Source: Eledone cirrhosa
Lineage: Eukaryota
DNA length: 64,000 nucleotides
Direction: 5' to 3'
Assembly (NCBI GenBank): GCA_964016885.1
Contig: OZ024741.1
Coordinates: 60,636,001 to 60,700,000, forward strand
Under the pieces are notes generated by a model. That model was not told the origin of the DNA and made no database searches. It worked only from the letters and a program-made list of their open reading frames with translations. Positions 53,401 through 64,000 of this stretch are shown here, in pieces. Both the position numbers and the translations under genes were made by a program. Position 1 is the first letter of the stretch. Each line of letters begins with the position of its first letter.

Positions 53401-56400
53401 ATTTCTAGTTACCTCTGAAGATTTGCTAATCCATTCCTTTATCCCTCCTTTGCTCGCCTACCCTCCTCAACCGCTCTATAGTTCCCTGTAAAAACAAGAC
53501 CACCGGATCTTGCCATCATCTTTTCCTATTGTAGATCATTAAACACCGTGTAGGTAGAGTCAATATTAAAGGGGATCGCCTGGTCATGGGCATCACAAAA
53601 CACGTTTGATAAGAAAAACAGTAAAGGAAACAAAATCAGTGGAGATATTTCGCCTATTGAATGTACAGATATACACAATAGCTATTCCTACTATTGATAA
53701 TCAGAAAATATGACGGAGGCTTTAACACTGACTTGAACTCAGAACATAGAAAGACGAATTTAATTATAATCTCACTGTGAGATTACTGCTCTAACGCTAC
53801 AGACATTTAACCGAGTTTAAACTAAATACATACAGCTCTATATCACTAACTCATCCTTGAAACATAGCATTAATATTAGTTTTAAATCGATATCATATGA
53901 TTTAGTCAGGGAACACTTTACAATGTTGGATTACATATAAGAGTTGATAATTTAGAAATTACAGCACAAAGAAGATTAATTTCATTTCACTAACTACAAT
54001 TCCAGATGTTTAGAAGGAAGTGGAAATTGGATATATTAATATCCCTTCGCTATATTAAACGTATTACTGAAGTAAGTAAATTAAAATGGCGTCTCTTTGA
54101 AATATAATCTGAATCACTGACTCGATTGACCGGGATCAGAATACTTTATTTTATAGCTATCCCTAATGACTCTGATATCTGTAATGAACACCGCTATCCT
54201 ATGCTCTCTATTTCATCTTGAAAAACAAATATAAAGCATATTCGTTGCTTAATGTTTCAAAGTAGATATAATACAACGTACTTGTCGAAATCGCTTCAAA
54301 GAAAATTAAACGCCAACTGATACACTTTAGCCGTAAATATTGATTCAACACCATAAATGAAACGGAAAGCTTATAGTGCGTGAAAACTGTTAAGTCTCCT
54401 GAACTGGAAAGTTCAATAATTTTTCAATAATAAATATTCAGCCGAAGGTGCTGTGCAACATAACTGAACACAGAACCATGTGGTTGGTTGCATAGTGAAC
54501 ACCTAAGCCACAGTCATGTCCGTGTCTCTAACAATATTACTGTTTTTTATTTCATTAAAATTGTATAACATTTATATTAATTTAGCGCCAAGACTTCACA
54601 AAAAAAGAAAAGTTTCTGGCATTAAAGACTGAATTATATATTATTTAATATTGGCAAGATATCTGGAGACATAACTCTTTTGTAAAATGTCATGACTTGC
54701 TAAAAAGCTTCTGGAGAAAAAGGTATTGCTTTAAATGTTTTCAAACTCTAGTATTCCTGAGATAGACGTTAGATTGTCAATAATTCATATCAAAATGTTA
54801 TCTTTACAGCTAAAATTTCGTGGTTTAACCGAATGCAAATTTGACCTATAGGTAGCGAAGTGGCAAGTTGGTTAGAACGTTGGATAGAATACAGTGGAAT
54901 ACTTTTCCAGCGTTTCTTTCAGAAATCAATTTGGCCTGTTATAGTTTTCAGGTTGATAAATACAGAAGTTCAATACTGGGGGTGATTCTTCCTCTATTCC
55001 GTAGAGTTTCATAGGTAAAATTAAAAATAACTAAATATAAATGTTTTGTTATGTTATATATATATACAGTATATATATATATATACATATAATTGACATA
55101 ATCGTCAGGGAATTTATGAAACTTCGAACATATTCTAATTTTTTTTACATAATGACTTGCTCCAATGTGAGATTAAAAAACACGCACACCGCTCTCATTC
55201 TCTCACCCACGCACACTCTCCTCCCATTTCCTGTGTGACTGATGTCTTCACGACATATGCAACAGATTAAATAAATGGATGGATGTGATAATGGGGGAGA
55301 CAATGCGAGATTAGAAATGACCAAATTCAATTAATTCATATAACTAGTTTGTTTTCCCTTGCTAGCATAAATAGTAAGAAACTTGTTACGTGAATGAATT
55401 CATTTTCATAGAAATAAGAAATATATAAATGTATGCAGGCACAAATATGCTATTCATTTTCAACATAGTGTACAGGAGTGACGTAAAATAAAGTGTTTTA
55501 CTCAAGAACACAATGCACCCGGTCCAAGAACCGAACCCATGACATTACTATCGTAAATCTAATATCCGAACCACTAGGCCACGTGCATTCACAACAGAAC
55601 TTGACATGCACCTAAATAAGATATACTAGAATACAAATATTAGAAGAACTGCACCAACTTGCATGATCACACTCTGTTTTCCGTCTTTTGAAAAAATATC
55701 ATGAAATACAAGATAAATATGTAAACTGTTGTTCAGTTCTTCTTAACTTTGGCTTACGCTCCTTTATTTCTAATTTCTATTGCACTGGCTTTCCCCAAAG
55801 GAATTCTAACCACATATTTGAGAATGCACCATATAGACTATATTAAATTACAATAGATATTCAACATGTCCTATATTGGTTCCTGTTTTAATATTCCAGT
55901 ATAAGTTTTGGATATCCATCGGTGCCAAGGACAAGTGTTCCAATTGTTCAAACAACAAAACAGCCTATTCCTTGAATTACCATGCAAGTGCCTGTGCATT
56001 CTGGACTAGTAATGCTTAGAAAAATCCAGTTTGACAGTGTGTGAGAAAGCTGGTCTTTCGAATTACAAAATAACTTGTGTGGACGGCAATTACGTGAAAT
56101 AAAGTACCTTGCACACGAATACAACGTCTTGCTGAACATGAAACTTATGACTGTTCGATAGATGAGCTGGAAACGCTATCAACTAAGCCATGTGCCTTCT
56201 ATAAATTCCGATATACCATTCCAGTCACAAACAAGATGAGAATAAAAGGTTATTTCGTCATAACGTATCTAATTTTCTCAATAAAGAATATATATTAAAA
56301 TTCATCGCCAATCTCAAAGAATAATTAAAAGTGCAATTATGTTTCGTTGCTTTGCTAAATTGAAAATATGAATTAATCGTTGAATCTCAGTGTTTTATGT

Positions 56401-58754
56401 GCTTCGGTAAAGGCTATGTGTATTCTGGGAAGATAAGTATGATGCAAAGTGGCCTAACATTTCTTATATTATAGAAATGATTGATAGAAAGTATAATGGT
56501 TCTTCCAAAATGTACTGGATAATATATGCTCGGTAGGTTTCCTAGTCACTACCAGAGACTGGGTGATGCCAGGTGACCTGGAATGGCGGTTGAAAATCTC
56601 ATCACATTTTACAATGCTCATATTGAGATCAGATAACATCTTTGTTTCCGAAGTGAGAAGGCAGCTAACTTCTATCTGGAAGGAGACGATGGGGGATGCA
56701 CAGGAAAGAAGGAGAGCTAAACAACGGTAGTTGGTGAAGGACCAAGTGTATTCCAGTTGAAGTTGGCAGTCGGAAGTTCGCAAATTGTTCCCTTAACAAA
56801 ACTTACGAAAGTCTGGACCTTACGAGGGCAAACAGGAGAACAATCAGGACCAATGTGGAAGCTGTAGAGAAGCTATCTAGATGTTTTATAACTGAAGAGA
56901 AGGGAAATGTGGTTTCAGTAGTATATATGCAACTTGGAGACATACTAAGGCCTGATCAACCTCGGTTGATCAACTGGAGAAGGAAGGTATGTTGTAAGAC
57001 CCGAAACATCTACGGTCTTGCACCATAGATGTTTGAAGAACATGAATATATTTACAGATCTGAATGATGGAATTTGGCTCTCCTAAGAGATTCAGGATCA
57101 TTGTATAGATGACGTCATCATTAATTATATGCTAAGATTCACAGGATTATGCTGTTAATTGACTATTTCCATAACTAAGGATATGAGTTAACCTTAAAAC
57201 AACGCATTAACGAAATTTCATTCACTGCAAATATTCAATCCCGACTATATATTGATTTACTATGCCAGAGACATTAATTTTGTAGTATATTCAATAAAGT
57301 CATAATTAATACGATGGACAGCGTATAAAATGTTGTCAGATAGATTTTCATGGATTGCCATCTATTAACTTTATCGTAAAAGGATTTTGCAGGAAACATT
57401 AAACTCATATGTTGAAATTTAGATATGTATATCAGTGCATCCATAATTATATCATACCTTAGTCTTGTAGAAATCTAGACACAGATTGTATCACACGGCG
57501 CGGCATTTGGGCAAGCATTTCTATCATAGTCTCAGGGTGATTTATAAATTATCTGAAAAATTTGGTGGGCTGAAACGGTGCAGAATCCCGTTTTGTATAT
57601 ATGTTTCTATTATCCTATTTAATTACAGCAAACAAAATGAAAATAATATAAATCGGATATTGGATGTACTTCGTCGAACGTAGAAGAATGGAATTTTTAG
57701 ATCCATCCATATATGGAACCTTAACTCCTGTTGGAGGGGTCGAGACGTCGTCATGATGGGGTGTCTTGCGCATGTATACTTGGCAGAGCCCATAGCTCTC
57801 CAATTCTGGACACAGCCGATTTCTTCTAGAGAATTAGAGAAATTGAGCGATAGGGAATGGTACTTTATTTTATTGACCTTGAAGGGAAGAAAAGCAAAGT
57901 TGATCTGAGGGGTTTGAACTCAGAACGTGAAAAACTGAAGCAAATACCGCAAAATATTTTGCCTAACGCTCTGACAATTCACTAAATCCACTGCCACCGT
58001 CCTCAAATTAATAATAAATATCATTAGGTGATTTTAACACTAGATTATATTCTCTGATATTACGACAGGTATTAACAGTGTTTATATTTGCTTTAGGAAT
58101 CAATATTAATTATTTGAAAGAGGCGCCATTACTTCCATTAATTTGCTGGAGAAAGCTCGTATGGAGTTACAATCTAATGACAGTCAGTTATGATTTAGAA
58201 ATTATAATTTATTATGAAGGTGGTGTATACTATGAAATAATATGTAGCCCCTGGTGAGGCGCTATTATAACTTTGTTTCGATTATCAGATAAAACAAATC
58301 CATTTGATATAATATCGCTAATGTGTTGGGATTGCTAGGGAATCACATTATCGCATTTCTATCTTACTCTAAAATATTGGTTCTTTTAGGCAATTGGAAA
58401 TTTATTAAGCTATTATTTGTTAAGAACGGGTAATAATCGCCAATGAGCTGAAGTTTTAGTTTAAACAATTGCAACTTTATTTGTATAGTTAATGAACTTG
58501 CCAAAAGGCATGTAAATCACAGTATGAGTTACCGCCCTCAGTATATTGCAGGTATTTGTAAGTCTTGAGATTTTGTGTCACATATTTTTGACATTTGATT
58601 ATGTATGGAGGCGGTGAATTGTTAGGATTACTAGAACATCGGATAGAACGCTTTGTTTTATTCATTCTGGCTTTCTGCGCTATAAGTTCAAATCCTGTTG
58701 AATTTAACTTTGCCGTTCATCCGTTCGAGGTCGATTAAAACGTACTTAGATCAA

Positions 58755-58795
<41 letters not shown>

Positions 58796-59869
58796 CCTGG
58801 AAGAAAATCGTTTTGTTCAGACAGGGAGAAGGATGGGCCAAGCCAGGTTTTAAATTACCTGACAGGTTTTATGTCATGACGGCGCCCTCACGATTCCATC
58901 AAAGGTTAAGGGCCCATATATGGATGAATTGATGGTTATATAACTGAATTCAAAGTTTACCTCTTCTTTACTGAATGAAAATGATTCCTTTTCAGATTAA
59001 TTTACAAAGGAATCGTGTCGAATGTCCCAGAAGGGAGGTCCACATAACGGGTAATGGATTTAGACATATGTCTATATCTTGTTTATTTACATGCAACATA
59101 GACGACATCTAAAACAACGACATACGGAGACGCACACCCAAATGTAATAATGAACATTAGTAAACTCACAACTCGATATATGAAAAAGAAATAATTATTC
59201 TATGGACATAGTTTGCACAGACACACAAGATATGGATTATACTAATGCCGTTAGTATAACTGCTCATAAAATTAACATGAGACTGAACAATAAACAGACC
59301 CGTGTACCATTAAGATAATTCTCTAGGAGATTCAGCGTGACTCCATTTGTGAACAGTCTAGCACTTTGAATAACAAGTACTGTCCATCCGACGGGCTTCT
59401 AAAGAGTTTTTGTCAACATATTTCACTCATAGGACACAGCTCAGCTTGCTTAATGCTGTGGTAACTGACACTTGCCCCTCTTATCGCGCAGGAGAATCAT
59501 TCGATCGTGCTGCGTCTTCTTAGACTGAAACAATGCTAGAAACGTATCAGAGCTGTGGACAGAATGATCGGCAGATCATTAGATAATTACATTGTAACAC
59601 GTTTTTACTTCCCTTTATATTGTGTTCAAATACTCATAAGATCAACTCTTCCTTCCATTCATCAGAGCTCTGTAAAATAAAATAACTATCATATAAAGTG
59701 TTTAGTTTCTCCGACTAAATAGTTTCATGAAATTAGCTAGCTTTAGGTATCTAATAGAGATTGTTAAAGCCGACTGATTATCATAAGATAGACCTAGTGG
59801 TGCGGGATGGAATTTCAAAATCTCAAGGTGTGCCGCGATAGAAAAATGCTAAGAACCACTGCTGGAAGA

Positions 59870-60800
59870 GGGTTATTCTGTCTGGGTGCTTATCGTCACC
59901 AAAGGCATTCTGGCGCTTGTTGTGACGAGAAGCCTGCTGTGTCGAGGCTCCTTCTGATTATGTTATTCAGAGCGATGTGTTGGGGGAAACGATTTACAAT
60001 ATGGTGAAACAGAGCGACGTATCGGGGGAACGGATTTGCAATATGGTGGCACAATAGTGGGTGTAGACCTAACTCGTCAACAACAGCCCCACAGTGTCAT
60101 TTGTGGAGCTCGCACGCACGGATGTCGAAACGCTGAGCCAGACCGATGTGAGTGCACTTATCATCAAGAAGAGTACCGATTGATGAGAAGGGTATCGGAT
60201 TGAGCCACGCGCCACTGTTTGGTTACGAGGCGGAGCAGAGGCAGGTGAGATGGTGTTGGTCCAAGGATGACTCAATCCGCTTGAAGGTAGATCTGCACTT
60301 TATGTCTTCATAGGTATATTGGACATCTGTATAATTATGTTCTGCCGTTCTGCGGAGAAGCTCACTAATGAGAGAGTGGCTGCAATAGATTGGGTAGAAA
60401 TAAGCCGGTAGTTCCAGGTCAGTAGTGAAGGCTGAGGTCACCGAATTTCCCGGAAAGTTTCAGTTAATGTCAGCCGGTGCCCTCAAAACTAACATTGCAG
60501 ATGAGGTCAGCACAACGTCGGATGGTGGGATCAATATCAACAAAGCGATCTACGAGAGGCAAAGGCGCACAGCGCAGCGTGAAAATGATTTGAGGAAGGG
60601 CGAAGCAGTTCTTCAGGAGGAAGAGCACCGAGTGTGCATCAATGAGGTGCAATCGCTCCATCATCCATGGCAGCTCTGCACGTTTGTTCTCTAAACACTT
60701 TAGTATGGCTTTCGAGATGATTGGAGGGTCGAGAATGTAAACGGCGCCTTTCGGCGTTAGCCGAGCTTCAGTCAAAGCGAGTTGCAGGCTAAGTACATCA
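59870..60800 (-). mobile_element. Decayed CRE-like (RLE) non-LTR retrotransposon fragment
   Basis: LIDAHSVLFLLKNCFALPQIIFTLRCAP...ICNV; DELGLHPLLC..PR; HIALNNIIRRSLDTAG...DKHPDRIT (PD-(D/E)xK endonuclease region). Confidence 0.8.
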
Positions 60801-61502
60801 TCATGAAAACAACTTCGTGGACTGTAGCGACATGAAACCAGAATCGGTAGACCAAGGAAAATACCTTACAGTCTGTAATTATTACCTCTATGTTTGAGAT
60901 CAAATCTGGCCGTTCAAATCGTTTACATTTTTCAGTATCGGGTATGCGGGTGATTAAGTAATCACTTACAAAATACTGTATTCGGTTATTCAGCTGTACT
61001 CTGTACTCTGTCACTGATGTCGAATGTGTGATCTCCTGCTAAATTATGATAACACTTTTATCATTAAAAAGATGACGAAATTTCTAAATTATTTATACTT
61101 GATCGTTTTACGCTGTGAAGTATAATCCCGATATGGTCATATTTAGCTTTCATCTCTCAGCAGTCGATTAAATAAGTACTGAGGCAAGTACTGATATTGA
61201 TTTCTTTGATTATCTTCTCCACATTACACCCACCGCTCATTCAACTTTCCTACATATCTGAGTCATTGTATCAGTGTACAACTTACATTTTACGAATCTA
61301 AATTCAGAAGTTTATTTGGGCAATCGATTAGCAGAATCGTTAAAGTGTCGACCCGATTGCGTACGAACATCTTAACCATTCTAAGAGCACGATGATGGTG
61401 ATCTAAATTACAATATTACTATCAATTGCTTATTGGGTTCAAATATCGACAGAATCCACTTTAGTTTCTATGTTGAATAGGATAATATGGGCTATATGCA
61501 CA

Positions 61503-61551
<49 letters not shown>

Positions 61552-63335
61552 GTACATATTTTCTGTACACACATGATATACAGAATAAACATAGGTCATA
61601 TATACAGAATATATATACATAAAGTAACCATGCTCTGATATATAGCGAATATATAGAGAGAAGAAAAATGGGCAATATACGAGAGTCGATTCAATTGATT
61701 ATATATTCCACTGTAAACAACATTTCTGTAGAGATCAGCCAATCTCACCAAACATTACTATTGGCTATCGATTTATTTATTTATTTTGGCCTTGTCGTTC
61801 ATTGTTTCTTTATTGATGTTGGGTGGTCGCAGAAAAGCTGGATAGTTATTGACATCGCTTCACAATTATTAGGCTCCGGGTTTGTCCCCATAGTGTGGTA
61901 TATTTAAGAGTGTGTCATTTCTCATAGCTTCCAGTCCACATATGATCCTCCAGTCAAATTTGACAAATGGAAACTGTTTGAAAGTCCAAAGACTAGACTA
62001 TACTTTCAAAGCCCATATGTTGTACATCAAAGTCATGTACAAACTGTCATGGTGAATCCTCCAAGAAATTACGTTAAGAATACTCAGCCACTTGCAGGTT
62101 AATTTAACGAGAAGGCTGTTCCGTTGATAGAATCAACTGGAACACTCGACGTCGAAACGGACGGAGGTCCAATATTCATTATAATTATTGGAATTGTTGT
62201 CGTTTTATATCATATTTATTGCTAATTTCTTATTTGCTGTTAATGCTATTCAACAATAATTGATTCAAAGGTGATTGGAAATGATTACGCGAACATATGA
62301 CACATTCGATATGTCTAAAATTGAAAATAGTAATTGTATTTCATGCTTGCAATTTATATACAAGGGTTAATGAGGTGAATGCAATAATGAAAAATCGATT
62401 GAAGAATATTTCACTGTTCTTGTTCTAACAGATGCACCGTGACATGGGTCAAATAATTCTGCTATCGAACAGTTAACTCAACTAACAAATTGTTTTAGTA
62501 TCATTTACATACCTGATAATGGGTGTCAAATATTACTGCATTACAATATAGAGAAAGAATTGGAAGGGAATCACGTCGTTTTTTATGGGTGATCCAGTTG
62601 TTCAGTCAACTCTACAGCCGCCCTGTAAATGGCTGAGCATTCCACAGACAGACCTACCATTAACGTAATTCTCGGGGAGATCCATCTTGACAGTGTTGGT
62701 TAAACTGACCCTTTGAATCACAAGTACAGTTCATTCGACTGGCTTCCAAAGAGTTTCCGTCTATCCAATTTCACCCACACGGCATAGCTCGAGTTAATAC
62801 TATGGTAAATGACACTTTCCCAAGATGCTATGTAAAGAGATCGAACCTGAGACCCAATTATTGTGAAGCGATCTTCGTAACTATTCGGCAATGCTGCGTT
62901 CCCAGAGAGAGAATTATATTCTTTAACTTACTTTTAGGATGGGTGCGGTTAAGATGTTCGCTTCGTAACCCTATGATCCTTCGTCGCTCACATTGCATGA
63001 CATCTTGGGAAAATCTATTCTAATTTAGTCTATATTATGAGAATGAGTGCATTGACAGAAATAGGGCTCACAATCGTAAGGTCCGGATTTTGATTACCGG
63101 CATGCGTTGTTATCTTTGAACACACTTTATTTCACCTTGCTCCAGTTCACTCAGCTGGGTAAGGAATTAAAAGGGCCACACTTAGCAGATTGGCACGCTG
63201 ACTATCCCTGCGACTTACATTAAAGGTACACATATCTATGAAATGCTCAGCTTTTGTTTATGCATTTCTATGGTAGTTTATAAGCTTGCGATTGCCTTTC
63301 AAACGTTTATAGAATTTCAAAGGATAACATGCCCA

Positions 63336-63426
<91 letters not shown>

Positions 63427-63671
63427 GTGTATGTGTGTGTGTGTGTCTTTGCGTGTGCGTGTCTGTTTATGTGCGTGTGTGTGTCTGTGTATGTGTGCGT
63501 AATGTGCACGTACGACGGGTGACTGAAACGTTTTGAGCCTCACACAAGAAAACCAATAGATATGCCAATGCAATTGTGTCTGTGACGTCTGTAACATGTT
63601 GTTACAGTGCTAGCAAGGTTTCATGGTCTAACACCTTTCCATTTCTTTTCGCATATTCTTAAAGTTGACGT

Positions 63672-64000
63672 ACGTGGGTGTTTCATGAAATATGGAAAAA
63701 CTTAAGTATCGAGCAGTGATCAAATATCAGCAGTTCAACGGCATGAGGCCTTGTTGAGATCCATAATGACATGCAAGATGCCACGTCATATGCCACGGCC
63801 AAACGCCAGGTAAATGAATTCAAGTGTGTCAAGGAAGGTGTGGAAGATGACCTGAGGTCTGGGAGGCCGTAACAGTGACCACACCAGAGAACATTAACCC
63901 TGTCCTTGGGATGGTGATAGAAGATAGCAAAAAGATAGCAAAAATCTTAAGTATTTCCCACAAGCTAACCAATAATATTCTAACGCACATATTTTGTTTG
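63672..64000 (+). mobile_element. Decayed mariner transposase N-terminal fragment (runs off the window)
   Basis: MEKLKYRAVIKY...SYATAKRQVNEFK...VEDDLRSGRP..VTTPENI. Confidence 0.75.

Noticed and set aside
56500-57130. Possible decayed RTE fragment
   Set aside because: Too degenerate to support with clear motifs

Overview
AT-rich, repeat-saturated eukaryotic DNA, most likely octopod cephalopod. This is an inference from the tRNA-derived SINE families (resembling Octopus OK/OR-type SINEs) and the very dense (TA)n, (GA)n and (TG)n tracts. I found no convincing host gene, and most ORFs in the track are microsatellite artefacts. Recognisable content: three stacked L1/Tx1-like LINE copies (4.5-7.9 kb), a ~3.8 kb 45-bp minisatellite open in two + frames (one poly-Asp/Glu/Gly), many SINEs, decayed RTE, CR1 and CRE LINEs, mariner/maT DNA transposons, a MITE and a tRNA-Leu pseudogene. 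The main signal is a set of Penelope-like retroelements (PLEs) from several different lineages, almost all sitting in or against (TA)n tracts. Their pseudo-LTRs (pLTRs) carry minimal type I hammerhead ribozyme motifs (CUGANGA...GAAA...UH). About ten inserts are fold-back palindromes (arm + inverted arm, usually with a one-sided tail), and several place two hammerheads head-to-head. All structures were read and folded by eye; no alignment or covariance search was run.
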